The notes below the pieces were generated by a model. It searched no databases, was not told the origin of the DNA, and saw only the letters and a list, made by a program, of their open reading frames with translations. From a virus, in the IMG/VR virus record IMGVR_UViG_3300031669_000002, positions 96,001 through 160,000 of that record: a stretch of 64,000 nt of DNA, one strand, 5' to 3'. This document shows positions 10,653 to 21,271 of the stretch, in pieces. A program made the position numbers and the translations under genes. The stretch's first letter is position 1. Every line of letters begins with the position of its first letter.

Positions 10653-12254
10653 ATGACAACTTACGTTATATCACACACAAACGGCACAATTTATACTACT
10701 CTAGCCACGGGGGTCGTAGATACTAACTTGGGTATATCATTGCTAGGACCAAACTATGTTGGTTACGGGCAATCGATTGCCAATAACTTTATACGGTTAC
10801 TAGAAAACCAAGCAAATAATACACCTCCTACATTTCCTATAACAGGTCAACTGTGGTACGACACATCTCCATTTTCTAACGGCGGGCAAGTACTAAAGTT
10901 CTGGGACGGCACAAAGTTTAAACCAGTATCAAGCAGTGAGCTAGGAACTTCGCCGCCGCCAGCACCATTAAATGGCGATCAATGGTGGGACACCGCAAAC
11001 GATCAATTACATATTTGGAATGGCGCATCTTGGATGCTTGTGGGTCCGGGGTATAGGAACGGAGCAGGGGAAGGAATTTCTGGACTATCTAATACTCTTT
11101 TGCCGTTGGCTGACACTAATTCTCAGTTACATATTACTGGAAATCTTCAATTAAACGCAAAGACAGTTGCATTAATAAGCAATGATGCATATACTTTGTC
11201 TACTCCTATTTCGGGAATTACTTCGGTGCTTCCGGGCATTAATCTTGCACCAGGAACAGTCATTAATGGTACGTCAACTAATGCACAACAACTTGGTTCT
11301 TACCCAGCATCAAACTATGTAAGAAACGACTCATCAGGAATAATATCTGCAAGTTTAGCAGTAACAGGCAGTCTTACAATTGGAAGTACGTCGCCTACTA
11401 TAATTTACTCTGATTTATCTAATGCTCAATACATTGGCTCATCTTCTGCCATTACTCTTGTTTCTGGTAATGCTTCTATTACTGCAAACTCAAGTGCTAA
11501 CACTATTACCATTAGTAATGAACCAACAGTATCCAATTCGGTAGCAACGAAAAATTACGTAGACTCTCAAGATTCAGCAGTAATTGCTTCTGCAAAAGCA
11601 TATACAGATAGTAACGTATCTACATTACTGGGTTCTACTAATGTAAATACTATTACTAACCTGGCATTACTATCAACAGCTATTAATAATGACCTTACAT
11701 TTTCAAACAACGTATATACTGCGATTGGATTCAAATCTGATATTACTAACCCAACATTTAAAGGTAATGTAAATGTCATTGGTTCAATCTTACCAACTGC
11801 CAATATCTCAAGCGATATAGGTTCTACTGGATATAATTTCCGTCATATATATAGTCAAGCAATTAGCTCGACCTTTGCTGACTTGGCAGAAAAGTATGAT
11901 GCAGATAAACAATATGAAGCAGGTACTGTTGTGGTATTTGGTGGAGACAGTGAGGTTACCGTGAGTGCAACGTACTGTGATTCTAGAATTGCTGGCATCG
12001 TGTCAGAAAATCCAGCATATACTATGAATGATGCGTCGACTGGCATTCCAATTGCTCTAACAGGAAAAGTATTTTGTAAGTTTGTTGGTCCTGTTAAGAA
12101 GGGAGATATTATTGTTAACTCGTCGCGAGCAGGTGTTGCCACGACGCTTTCCGATAAAACACTTTGGACTCCTGGGTGCGTAATAGGCAAAAGTTTAGTA
12201 GATGATACAAATCATGGTCTGCGTAATATTATGATCTCAGTTGGACGATTTTAA
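10653..12254 (+). CDS. Tail fibre/baseplate protein with C-terminal intramolecular-chaperone (peptidase G2-like) domain
   Basis: N-terminal GPNYVGYG..NNFIRLLEN..GQLWYD module. C-terminal ADLAEKY...GTVV.FGG...GIVS.NPAY.MN...ALTGKV...VKKGD motif. Confidence 0.65.
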   Translation: MTTYVISHTNGTIYTTLATGVVDTNLGISLLGPNYVGYGQSIANNFIRLLENQANNTPPTFPITGQLWYDTSPFSNGGQVLKFWDGTKFKPVSSSELGTSPPPAPLNGDQWWDTANDQLHIWNGASWMLVGPGYRNGAGEGISGLSNTLLPLADTNSQLHITGNLQLNAKTVALISNDAYTLSTPISGITSVLPGINLAPGTVINGTSTNAQQLGSYPASNYVRNDSSGIISASLAVTGSLTIGSTSPTIIYSDLSNAQYIGSSSAITLVSGNASITANSSANTITISNEPTVSNSVATKNYVDSQDSAVIASAKAYTDSNVSTLLGSTNVNTITNLALLSTAINNDLTFSNNVYTAIGFKSDITNPTFKGNVNVIGSILPTANISSDIGSTGYNFRHIYSQAISSTFADLAEKYDADKQYEAGTVVVFGGDSEVTVSATYCDSRIAGIVSENPAYTMNDASTGIPIALTGKVFCKFVGPVKKGDIIVNSSRAGVATTLSDKTLWTPGCVIGKSLVDDTNHGLRNIMISVGRF

Positions 12255-12263
12255 GGATAATAA

Positions 12264-13565
12264 ATGTCATACAATATAACTTTAAGTGATGGATCCAAAT
12301 TAACAACGGTTTTTGATGGAACAACCGACACTACTAGCACGAGTATAACTTTAATTGGCAAAAACTTTGCTGGGTACGGACAGTTTCTAAATGAAAACTT
12401 TGTTGAAATGCTGGAGCATTTCTCAAACTCAGTTTCGCCATCAAACCCACTACAAGGGCAGATATGGTGGAATTCTAATACAAAAACATTACAGGTTTGG
12501 ACAAGCACTCAATGGAAGAGTGTATCAAGTACAACAACTTCAGCCACCGCGCCAATCTCTCCAAATTCTGGAGATCTATGGTGGGACACTGTTAATCAAC
12601 AACTCAAAGTATGGAACGCAGCATCAAACTCGTGGGTGGTAATTGGCCCAGCATATAGCTCGTCTCAAGGATTAACAGGAGCGGTGGCCGCAGTAGTATA
12701 TGATACTCCACAAAATAATAAACACGTGGTTGTTGAGTTTTATGTAGGCGGATATATTTTAGCAATTTTAAGCGGTGCGCCAAATGATCCGTCTGCAAAC
12801 GGCTCATATACATTAGCATCTCCTATTAGCGGGTTTGATTACATTAATCCAGGATTAAATCTATCAAGCATTAACGAACTGAAATATAACGGTGATGCAA
12901 GTAATTCGTTGCATTTTGGTCCGTCAGGATCAGCAATATCATATTCGCAGTATTTAAGAAGCGATATAGACGGAACACTTAATGGTAACTTAACTATTTC
13001 CCCCATAAGTATTACTGGTTCAAATCTAGTTATTTCGGGAACAAATGCCTCGTCTATTAGCATTGCAGATACTACTCCTGGTTCTAATGTAATATTCTCA
13101 GTTAATACTGGAGCAGGCCAACAAACAGTCCTTACATTAGATGCAACTTCGTCAGTAGCCACTGTTTCAAATATCACAAGTGCATCTCCTGGCACAAGCG
13201 TAGTCAATAAGAATTATGTCGATAATAATTCTTATCAAGGTTCAATAGTAAGCACAAAATCATCAAATGTTATTGTGTCGTCCTCAATGGTCACGATTGC
13301 TAATATTTCCTCATCATATTCGTCGGCGGAGTTTCTAATTCAAACCACTAGTTCAACGGGTAACGTTCAGTTATCGAAAGTTCTTGCTATTAGTAATAAT
13401 GGAAATAGTTATTCTACTGAATACGGTACAATAACAAACGGGACTAACCCCGCAGCAGTTTTTTCGACTACTATTTCTAACGGGGCATTACAGTTAGTAG
13501 CAACCCCGTCTGTCGGTGCAGGGCAAGTAACATATAAAGTAAATATTACAGCAGTAACACAATAA
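12264..13565 (+). CDS. Tail fibre/baseplate protein, N-terminal paralog of 10653..12254
   Basis: GKNFAGYG..NENFVEMLEHF..GQIWW and GDLWWD modules shared with the preceding gene. Confidence 0.6.
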   Translation: MSYNITLSDGSKLTTVFDGTTDTTSTSITLIGKNFAGYGQFLNENFVEMLEHFSNSVSPSNPLQGQIWWNSNTKTLQVWTSTQWKSVSSTTTSATAPISPNSGDLWWDTVNQQLKVWNAASNSWVVIGPAYSSSQGLTGAVAAVVYDTPQNNKHVVVEFYVGGYILAILSGAPNDPSANGSYTLASPISGFDYINPGLNLSSINELKYNGDASNSLHFGPSGSAISYSQYLRSDIDGTLNGNLTISPISITGSNLVISGTNASSISIADTTPGSNVIFSVNTGAGQQTVLTLDATSSVATVSNITSASPGTSVVNKNYVDNNSYQGSIVSTKSSNVIVSSSMVTIANISSSYSSAEFLIQTTSSTGNVQLSKVLAISNNGNSYSTEYGTITNGTNPAAVFSTTISNGALQLVATPSVGAGQVTYKVNITAVTQ

Positions 13566-13598
13566 TAAAAATTTAACTGGGGAAAGGGAACCGGTCAT

Positions 13599-14363
13599 AT
13601 GACAAACACTACATCAAAATTTAATGCAAGGAACGGACTTACAGTGGGCTCGCCGCCTGTTGATGTCGTATCTGCTATCGGCGATATATCAATAACCGGC
13701 AATGTTACAGCTTATAACATAACATCTACTGGCACAGTAACATTATCGGGTAGCCTGGTCGCTCCAGGAACAATGACTGCGGGTTCTGGATTTATCGGCA
13801 CGGCAAGCAATGCAACGAGTATATATGGTGGGATATCAGGAGCAATACCGTATCAAACTGCCGCTAATACAACCGCCTTTTCTCCAGCAGGCACTGCTGG
13901 GTATGCACTAATCTCAGGTGGTTCTGCCGCACCTAGTTGGTCTTTTTTAAACTCAATACCGCTTGTTGCGCCGGGTGGCTATAACTTAGTTGCCACCGCA
14001 GCAAAACAGTGTCCGGGAAATGTAATGGGAGAGATATATAATTTTAGAATAGGTCAAACGGGAACTTATACATTTGGCACTTATGTATATTCAAATGCTC
14101 ATTGGATGTATGCACAGATTTATAAAAACGGTGTCGCTTATGGTCCATTTCATACCCTAGTTGGTGGTGGGGCTGGTAACGTTAGAACAGCTACTTATTA
14201 CGACAACTTAGCATTTAATTTAGGAGATACTGTTCAGATATTTGGAGAAAATGTTCAAGGAGGCGATTATCCTTACACTGAAAGACTAACATTTTACATT
14301 TATGCAGATAATCATTCAATCTTAGTTGGTCCAAGTGCTCTTGGGATAGGAGTTCGTTTATGA
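13599..14363 (+). CDS. Putative short fibre/adhesin
   Basis: G/T/S-rich beta-strand protein in the fibre cluster. Confidence 0.45.
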   Translation: MTNTTSKFNARNGLTVGSPPVDVVSAIGDISITGNVTAYNITSTGTVTLSGSLVAPGTMTAGSGFIGTASNATSIYGGISGAIPYQTAANTTAFSPAGTAGYALISGGSAAPSWSFLNSIPLVAPGGYNLVATAAKQCPGNVMGEIYNFRIGQTGTYTFGTYVYSNAHWMYAQIYKNGVAYGPFHTLVGGGAGNVRTATYYDNLAFNLGDTVQIFGENVQGGDYPYTERLTFYIYADNHSILVGPSALGIGVRL

Positions 14364-14722
14364 GCTATTACATTACAATTGATTCAACAAGTCGTATTAC
14401 TGGTCTTTACACTAATGAACCTGGATATCCAGATTTACCAAGTAATCCAATACTAATAAGTGATACAGATGCAGAGACACTAAAAGCGGGGTTTACTGAA
14501 TTTGCGTATGTAAATAACGCAGTAGTTTCTTCTCCTTTATCTGCAGAAGCAAAAACTTACAGTTATGTAGAAGATAGAGCAGCAGCATATCCGCCCATAC
14601 AGGACTACATAGATGGTATTGTTAAGGGAGATACTGCACAGGTTCAGACCTACATAAATGCTTGCTTTGCAGTTAAAGCAAAGTACCCTAAGCCTAAACA
14701 GCCGCCCCGTCGCTTAAAGTAA
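14360..14722 (+). CDS. Putative tail-fibre assembly/chaperone protein
   Basis: C-terminal DRAAAYPPIQDYID...VKAKYPKP motif typical of fibre-partner proteins. ATGA overlap with the fibre gene. Confidence 0.5.
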   Translation: MSYYITIDSTSRITGLYTNEPGYPDLPSNPILISDTDAETLKAGFTEFAYVNNAVVSSPLSAEAKTYSYVEDRAAAYPPIQDYIDGIVKGDTAQVQTYINACFAVKAKYPKPKQPPRRLK

Positions 14723-15163
14723 TTTTTCTAGAGTAGCGATCTTATCAATGATGACTTTGAATTTGAAAGTTCGCCAAACTCCAGGAATTAACGGTTTGGG
14801 ATGATCGATGAGGTTAGTCCAAGCATACCCGCGATGTTCGTCATTAAGTGTAGGAATAAATTCATCGTCGACTGATATCAAAAAAGTATAATAGACAAAC
14901 GTGTGGTTGTCAGAAGTAAAGGTTTCAATTGGTATTGTTTTTCTCTGACTTAGATCAACTCTAGTCTCTTCAATAATTTCGCGATATAGGGCCTCAGTTA
15001 TCCGTTCCCCCTCATTAATTTTTCCGCCCGGAATTCCCCAACTACCAGAATACTTTGCACCATCCCGCAGTAGGAATAGATACCGCTTAGTGTTTTTGGC
15101 ATAAACGAGAGCACCAGCTGCTTCTAATAGGTCTTTTTTCTTAATATCTTCCATAATTTGCAT
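14714..15163 (-). CDS. NUDIX hydrolase
   Basis: Nudix box GGKINEGERITEALYREIIEETRV. The start is more likely at 15163 or 15154 than the track's 15199. Confidence 0.9.
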   Translation of the reverse strand: MQIMEDIKKKDLLEAAGALVYAKNTKRYLFLLRDGAKYSGSWGIPGGKINEGERITEALYREIIEETRVDLSQRKTIPIETFTSDNHTFVYYTFLISVDDEFIPTLNDEHRGYAWTNLIDHPKPLIPGVWRTFKFKVIIDKIATLEKLL

Positions 15164-15230
15164 AAATAGTAATGTAGTTCGCGGAGCAGCAACTCCCAAC
15201 TACTCTAACATAAAAGGACTATATCAGTAT

Positions 15231-15929
15231 GTGTATTTATTGTGGTCCACTAAGTATCGAAACATTTATAAGAAACATTACGGCGCAATACCAAACGATT
15301 CTGATGGACGAACCTATGATATACACCATATTGATGGAAATCATTCAAATAATGCACCAGAAAATTTAAAAGCAGTAACTATCCAAGAACATTATGATAT
15401 TCATTATTCTTGTGGTGACTGGGCTGCTTGTTTGAGATTATCGGCAAGAATAAATTTGAATCCTGCCAGAATTAGCGAGTTAGCCAGAAAAAATTCTTTA
15501 GAGAGAGTTGCTAACGGAACACATAATTTTTTAGGTGGAGAAATTCAACGAGAATCTACTAGAAGATACGTAGCAGAGGGAATACATAATTTCTGCAGGA
15601 GATCGGACGGAACAAGTTTAACATTAGATAGAGTTGTAGATGGCACTAATCCATTTTTAGGTCCAGAAAACAATAGAAAAAGAATAGAGGATGGATCTCA
15701 TCATTTTTTACGCAGTAATCTATCCGAAGTTACTTGTCCTTATTGTGGTAAAATAGGCAAGCAAAACATGAAAAGATATCATTTTGATAATTGTGTGGAA
15801 AATCCTAAATCAACCCGCCAGAAAGTTACAAGTCATCAACGAGGGAAAACATATGAAGAACTTTATGGAATAGAAAAAGCATTAAAATTAAAGAAAGCAA
15901 AACAAGGAAGACCAAAAACTAGCACTTAG
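15231..15929 (+). CDS. HNH homing endonuclease (free-standing)
   Basis: DIHHIDGNHSNNAPENL...EH motif, xGTHNFL-like repeats, C-terminal CPYC..MKRYHFDNC module. Inserted antisense between NUDIX and gp15. Confidence 0.85.
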   Translation: MYLLWSTKYRNIYKKHYGAIPNDSDGRTYDIHHIDGNHSNNAPENLKAVTIQEHYDIHYSCGDWAACLRLSARINLNPARISELARKNSLERVANGTHNFLGGEIQRESTRRYVAEGIHNFCRRSDGTSLTLDRVVDGTNPFLGPENNRKRIEDGSHHFLRSNLSEVTCPYCGKIGKQNMKRYHFDNCVENPKSTRQKVTSHQRGKTYEELYGIEKALKLKKAKQGRPKTST

Positions 15930-15935
15930 ATTTAA

Positions 15936-17339
15936 TCACTTCAGTGTCGACAGAACTATCGTCCACTGTTCCGGATCGTATCTCCCCTCTATTGCTCTTG
16001 TCCACATCTGGTTTGTTGGTAGCCATTTGAATTGAAGTCCTGATTTTAAGTTACTAACGTATTTAACGCTCGTGGCCGAGGCTGCCACAAAAGATACAAA
16101 CCAACTAGTACCATCATATTCGATTATATCGTTTTCTTTGGCAACCAATGATCCCCATGCTTGCGGCGCATTTCCTGCAGAAGTATTGGCGGACCCAATA
16201 TCGTTAAGTATTAGATATCGTGTGCCAACAGATACATTTAAAAATGTAGTATCTACTGGCATGTTAAATGGATCAATAATTGCATTTACTGGCAAAAACG
16301 AGTTTGTTGGTATCGAATCTAAATTTGTAGAAAATAGCAGTAGAGAAGAATCAGTTGGATGATATGATACTGTTCCTGCCACAACTCCTCCGCTCGGTTG
16401 AGATAGTTGAACTTGAGATGTGCCGTTTTGTAATGCCAGTCCATATGTATCTATTAATGTTTTCCAAGAATCAACTGAGCTACTTGGTTCGACGATTGTG
16501 CCATCTACCGTCTCAGTGATTATTGATGTTTGTCTAGTTAATTTTAATGTGTTACCATAAAACACAACACCGTAGTTCATTGGTGTCATTGCTCTTTGTG
16601 ACAACAGGAATTCTATCGGAAGATCTATTAGATTATCTGCAAGATTACCGTTTGCATCATAGAGACTACTTACCATCTTTTGCACTACTCCAAGTCGCAA
16701 TACCTTAGCAGGCATACTAATCCAAATTGGCAATTCAAATGTCATCGTTGCGATATCAATTGAGTCACTGTTCATTTGCGGAATTGACCGCGAGGTCCAT
16801 ACTGTACTTTTTAGTTGAATTGCGCTAAGACTTGTCCAATCAAGATAGTTATCTGTATTTTGTATTTCAAAGTCAGGATTAAATATTGCACCAATCTGCT
16901 CTAATATCTGTAATTTTTGTTCTTTGTTACTTGTCCAAATATCCAACTTTAGTGTCAGTTTATATGGAACCGGCATAGGACGCTCAATAGTAAATGAATT
17001 TCCTTGATCGTTCCCCCATGTATTACTTGCAGAATCATATGATCGTTCTCTAATGTTGATTTTACCAATAAAAGTTGGATCTTGTAAACGATCTCGATCA
17101 TAGTCAAACCCACTAATATACGCGGCCATAGATGGAACAGTAGGCAAGGCATTTTCGCTGCCACCTGTGATTGCTGCCATTGTTTGACGAGATGGGTCTC
17201 CGTAATAAACAGGAACTGTTTGATATGCAATAATACCTTGAGAATCTTTACCAAACTCAACTTGAAAATGGCTCATTATTCTAATGAACTGTGAAAGGAA
17301 TCTTCTGCATTGACCTGAATAAAAAAATGACTGTGCCAT
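15936..17339 (-). CDS. T4 gp15-like tail completion/sheath stabiliser with C-terminal extension
   Basis: FFY...RRF..QF, VPVYYG and PVPYKL..KLDIW...QILEQI...FNP motifs; adjacent to the gp14-like gene. Confidence 0.75.
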   Translation of the reverse strand: MAQSFFYSGQCRRFLSQFIRIMSHFQVEFGKDSQGIIAYQTVPVYYGDPSRQTMAAITGGSENALPTVPSMAAYISGFDYDRDRLQDPTFIGKINIRERSYDSASNTWGNDQGNSFTIERPMPVPYKLTLKLDIWTSNKEQKLQILEQIGAIFNPDFEIQNTDNYLDWTSLSAIQLKSTVWTSRSIPQMNSDSIDIATMTFELPIWISMPAKVLRLGVVQKMVSSLYDANGNLADNLIDLPIEFLLSQRAMTPMNYGVVFYGNTLKLTRQTSIITETVDGTIVEPSSSVDSWKTLIDTYGLALQNGTSQVQLSQPSGGVVAGTVSYHPTDSSLLLFSTNLDSIPTNSFLPVNAIIDPFNMPVDTTFLNVSVGTRYLILNDIGSANTSAGNAPQAWGSLVAKENDIIEYDGTSWFVSFVAASATSVKYVSNLKSGLQFKWLPTNQMWTRAIEGRYDPEQWTIVLSTLK

Positions 17340-17350
17340 TGAGTTTCCTG

Positions 17351-18751
17351 TTAGTAGTCAGCTTTAGGACGCAAAGCTTGATCTAGTGATTGTCTTTCTG
17401 GTACTACATCTCCATTAGCAAGAGTAAGCGTATTTGTGTCATTGATAAAACGATTACGCCATGTTTGATTATTTGGATCTCCTGGAGTAAGATTAGTTCT
17501 AACGTTGTCTTCCATCTTAACCCATTTGATTCCGTCAAACCTAAATAAACGGTTAGGCAAATAATCCAATCTTAGGAAGTAGTCTCCCATATTTGGGATT
17601 GCTGGGAAAGAAACACCAGCATTTACAGCAAGCCCATCTGGGGCTAATCCATCTCCGCTCAAGTAGCCCTTAGGATTCATCTCTGGTGTTGGACTATAAG
17701 ATCCCTGATCAGATGTTAACTCAGAGTCGCTTGTATCGGTTTGGTCATCTCCTGTCAGTATATCTGTTGCAGCTACTCCATTCTCATCTACATGCGGCGC
17801 ATAAATCTTACTTACATCATAACCACTCTTCGGAACATCATAGGTTGCTTGAGAAATAATCGCTTCGTTTATATCCATAAACTTCTGATATGTGCTAATA
17901 ATGTTAGATATTGGCGTAGTATTTGCTGTCACATTTCCTGCTGTGCCCATTGGACCAGAAGTGTCTAATACTGCGATATTATTAAGAACATCTTTGTATT
18001 CTTGACTATCTACTAATGGACTAAGTTTTGCTCTCCATAAATGAGGATACCAAGTTGGGCTAAATCCTTCAGTTGCCCAAGAACAATCTCCTACAACATA
18101 AAATCGTTTTAACGCTGTTTCGGCGTCTATCGCATAATCATCTTTAAGATGTAAAAATTCAAGCACGTCTCCGTTCATAACACGACGAGACAAAATATCA
18201 ACCATATCGTTATGGTGGAATGTCATTACTATTGTGCCGGTTTGTAAGAATAAGCCAAATTGTGTTAGGTCAAAGTCGTTGTCTTGCCTTTGATATGATC
18301 CACGCATAACATATACATCTGGATCATATTTACGATCACGATTTTCTAAAAATAGTATATCTTGTATTGTTGTTGGTGTAGGGTTTGGATTAGCTGGCTT
18401 GGTTGCATCGCTACTAAAACCGACCTGCGTATTTGCCGGTAATACTGCTGTAGTAGGAATAGACAACGTAACTGATGTGGGGCTAATACTTGACACAGTA
18501 GCACCAACAGGAATATTTGTGCCGTAAGCAAAATCTCCGATATTGATACCGGATGTAGATGGGAATGTCAGTGGGCTGATAGTAGCTGCTTGAGTGACAG
18601 AAGTTACTACTTGCGTTCCTTGAGGAATCGGCCCAAGATACTTGTGGACAAGTATTTCTGTTGATCCCATTCTAAACATTTCAGAGATAGTTTTGTCGAA
18701 GAACTTATAGTCCTTTCCCTTTTCCTGCTTCCATAAGCTTATTTTAGCCAC
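17351..18751 (-). CDS. T4 gp14-like neck protein
   Basis: QDILFLENRDRKYD, DLTQFGLFL and GDVLEF motifs; late promoter on the minus strand at 18778-18784. Confidence 0.65.
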   Translation of the reverse strand: MAKISLWKQEKGKDYKFFDKTISEMFRMGSTEILVHKYLGPIPQGTQVVTSVTQAATISPLTFPSTSGINIGDFAYGTNIPVGATVSSISPTSVTLSIPTTAVLPANTQVGFSSDATKPANPNPTPTTIQDILFLENRDRKYDPDVYVMRGSYQRQDNDFDLTQFGLFLQTGTIVMTFHHNDMVDILSRRVMNGDVLEFLHLKDDYAIDAETALKRFYVVGDCSWATEGFSPTWYPHLWRAKLSPLVDSQEYKDVLNNIAVLDTSGPMGTAGNVTANTTPISNIISTYQKFMDINEAIISQATYDVPKSGYDVSKIYAPHVDENGVAATDILTGDDQTDTSDSELTSDQGSYSPTPEMNPKGYLSGDGLAPDGLAVNAGVSFPAIPNMGDYFLRLDYLPNRLFRFDGIKWVKMEDNVRTNLTPGDPNNQTWRNRFINDTNTLTLANGDVVPERQSLDQALRPKADY

Positions 18752-18796
18752 GATTGCGTTCCTGTAAGTGTATGATGTATTTAGTGAAAATTTCGG

Positions 18797-18825
18797 TTGA
18801 CAAACGAGTTAAATGAGTGTATAAT
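18797..18825 (+). promoter_or_regulatory. Sigma70-type early promoter
   Basis: Perfect TTGACA-N17-TATAAT. Confidence 0.9.
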
Positions 18826-18854
18826 GTTTGTATTAAGTAATAAACTGAGAATAT

Positions 18855-19058
18855 ATGACTGAAATTAAACACTCCGTTACTATTAACTCTACCCGAGATT
18901 ATTGGGCAATGTTTCGTTGGTGCGAGGAATATGCAGGAAAAAAGAAGGTAGACTGGAAGATTCGCGTTAAGTATCGTGGCGGTATTGTTCCCGCAGAAAC
19001 TATATTTTTCTTTGCTGAAGAATCAATGGCAACATTGTTTACGCTAAAATGGATATGA
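18855..19058 (+). CDS. Small hypothetical early protein (ATxFxLK-ending family)
   Basis: First ORF after the sigma70 promoter; ends ATLFTLKWI. Confidence 0.7.
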   Translation: MTEIKHSVTINSTRDYWAMFRWCEEYAGKKKVDWKIRVKYRGGIVPAETIFFFAEESMATLFTLKWI

Positions 19059-19321
19059 TCATAAAAACTGCAATGGACTGGGATAGTGTATCAGATGGCC
19101 TGCTTCGTCAGATATCAACCATCAAAAATGGCAGGAAAAGAATGGAGGCAAGCAAAGTTCTTGCCAACATCGAGGGAATGATAACAAAACTGAGCCAACT
19201 GGAGCTTCAAGCCCGTCGATCGTCCTCACACAGCCCGAGACTGGTTAACGAACAGCTTGACATTATCAATCAATCTGTGCTAGAATTAGAACAATGGATT
19301 ACTCTTCTCCTTCTCTTATGA
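19049..19321 (+). CDS. Hypothetical helical protein
   Basis: Overlaps the upstream ORF in operon-like fashion. Confidence 0.65.
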   Translation: MDMIIKTAMDWDSVSDGLLRQISTIKNGRKRMEASKVLANIEGMITKLSQLELQARRSSSHSPRLVNEQLDIINQSVLELEQWITLLLLL

Positions 19322-19327
19322 GGTGGT

Positions 19328-19612
19328 ATGATACAAGACAACGTAGTAAAATATTTAATCATGCCGCACAAGGTATCTCTGACGGCATTAGCGTTTAATA
19401 TGGAGTGGTTTACACAAGGACGAATATTTACAGAATATGAAAAATGGTGCCGACAAACTGTTGGCCCAGACAACATAGATTGGTGCAGGACTATTGGCCC
19501 AGACAAGGTAGATTGGTGCAGGACAAGGACAAGGCTTGGCAATACGGTGACAATGACCTTTCATTTCAAACGAGAAGAAGACGCAACAATGTTCGCGCTA
19601 AAATTTTTGTAA
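19328..19612 (+). CDS. Small hypothetical protein (ATxFxLK-ending family) with internal 11-aa tandem repeat
   Basis: GAGG RBS; ends DATMFALKFL; 33-bp tandem repeat at 19461-19526. Confidence 0.65.
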   Translation: MIQDNVVKYLIMPHKVSLTALAFNMEWFTQGRIFTEYEKWCRQTVGPDNIDWCRTIGPDKVDWCRTRTRLGNTVTMTFHFKREEDATMFALKFL

Positions 19613-19627
19613 TAACAGGAGAACAAA

Positions 19628-20797
19628 ATGGCAAAATTAGTGGGAATTAAACTTCCAAAACCAAAGAAAGAAAAGAAAATTTCTACAAGTGTGCTTGAAG
19701 AAAAGCATGTAGGTTCAGAACCAAAGTGGGACACTGAGCGAGCTAAAAAGTTTGAGAAAGATGTGTTTGAACACAATCTTCGTGCAAGCTTCCGCTATTA
19801 CAATTATTTCTACAGCCAAAAAGACTTGAAGAAGCATGTCGTAGCGTGGGCACAGAAGAATATGGATCTGGATGCAAAAACGCTATCGCTGTATATCGCA
19901 TCGAGCGCAGAAGCCACACCAATGACCGTATGCAGCTTGGTTAAGGCAGAGGCAGTTGGTATGCCAATGCTTAAAAAATATAAAGAATACATCACAAAAA
20001 GCATTCTGAATGCAATTGAAGAAACAAAATCAGAGCCGGCAGTTGTAGAGAAGGTTGTTGCAAAGACTGTTGCTCCTACTATTCAGGACAGATTAGCAGA
20101 AAAGACATCGGAGATCATCGGCGATCTTGAAGTTGAAGTCGACAATGCGTTTCTTAAGAAGCCAACAGGAAGTCCATACGACATCATCACCGCTAAAAAC
20201 TTGGCACACGCCCAAGTCGGCAAAGTTCGCGAGCATTTCCAAAAGCAGATTGATGAACTTAGCGAACTTGTTGCCGGTCAAGACGAACAGTTAAACGAAT
20301 CATACGGCTTTCTGAAGAATTCGGACATCAAACGCATCGGAGCATTTTATGTCAAACTGCTCGCTGATCTTGATAGCTACAGCACCGTCAAGAAAGCGAC
20401 AAAGAAACTGAAAATCAAACGACCACAAAACAAAGACAAGCTCGTCGCTAAAGTTCAGTATCTCAAAGAAAGCAAAGTTCTAAAGCTTGTTAGTGTTCCG
20501 CCAGCAGATATTATTGGCGCACAAGAGCTTTGGGTGTATCATACGAAACACAAAAAGTTGGGAAAGTATGTTGCCGACGATCATAGTGTATTGGGAGTTA
20601 AGGGAACAACTCTTACAGGATTTAGCGAATCAAAGTCGATGCAGAAGACTTTGCGTAAGCCAGAAGAACAGCTCGCCGCATTTATGAAGGCGGGCAAAGT
20701 TCAGCTGAGAACATTTCTTAAAGATATTAAAGCAGTTGAGACAAAGCTGACCGGCAGGTTAAACGCAGACACGTTGCTATTAAAAATCGAGAAATGA
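19628..20797 (+). CDS. Hypothetical basic protein (389 aa)
   Basis: AGGAG RBS and a long lysine-rich ORF; no recognisable catalytic motif. Confidence 0.8.
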   Translation: MAKLVGIKLPKPKKEKKISTSVLEEKHVGSEPKWDTERAKKFEKDVFEHNLRASFRYYNYFYSQKDLKKHVVAWAQKNMDLDAKTLSLYIASSAEATPMTVCSLVKAEAVGMPMLKKYKEYITKSILNAIEETKSEPAVVEKVVAKTVAPTIQDRLAEKTSEIIGDLEVEVDNAFLKKPTGSPYDIITAKNLAHAQVGKVREHFQKQIDELSELVAGQDEQLNESYGFLKNSDIKRIGAFYVKLLADLDSYSTVKKATKKLKIKRPQNKDKLVAKVQYLKESKVLKLVSVPPADIIGAQELWVYHTKHKKLGKYVADDHSVLGVKGTTLTGFSESKSMQKTLRKPEEQLAAFMKAGKVQLRTFLKDIKAVETKLTGRLNADTLLLKIEK

Positions 20798-21033
20798 ACG
20801 AGTATTTAATTGTCGTGCCGATAAAAGAGGATACTGGTCCAGAACAGTTTCGCCACGACATATTTAAATACTATGTTTCTGGAATACTTGATGACTTGGA
20901 TATAGCGACGAGAAAGCTTTTTTGCTATACTTCTGATAGTCAGAGTTGGGTTATTTTCTGCTCTCCTGAACAAATAACCATGCTTGTTCTTCAGCTGGGT
21001 GCAACGATTGTTAGAACTACAGTTAAAATATGA
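20794..21033 (+). CDS. Small hypothetical protein
   Basis: ATGA overlap; C-terminal CSPEQITMLVLQL resembles the next ORF. Confidence 0.6.
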   Translation: MNEYLIVVPIKEDTGPEQFRHDIFKYYVSGILDDLDIATRKLFCYTSDSQSWVIFCSPEQITMLVLQLGATIVRTTVKI

Positions 21034-21236
21034 GATATCGCATTGCCTTCCCCACACTAACTTCTGCAGATGAGGAGGAGCAGATTCTCCTCGATTTAGG
21101 CATAAATCAATATATTAAGTGGTCTCTTTCATACTGGAATATCACTTGTTCTCCAGAGATATTAACGATGCTAATATTAAAATATGATATTTCATATTAT
21201 GATTTGTCAAGAGTAAGTCCGGAGAACTATCTCTAA
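21030..21236 (+). CDS. Small hypothetical protein
   Basis: ATGA overlap; CSPEILTMLILKY. Confidence 0.6.
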   Translation: MRYRIAFPTLTSADEEEQILLDLGINQYIKWSLSYWNITCSPEILTMLILKYDISYYDLSRVSPENYL

Positions 21237-21271
21237 GCATAAATAGTAGTATTACACCAAGGAATACTACT

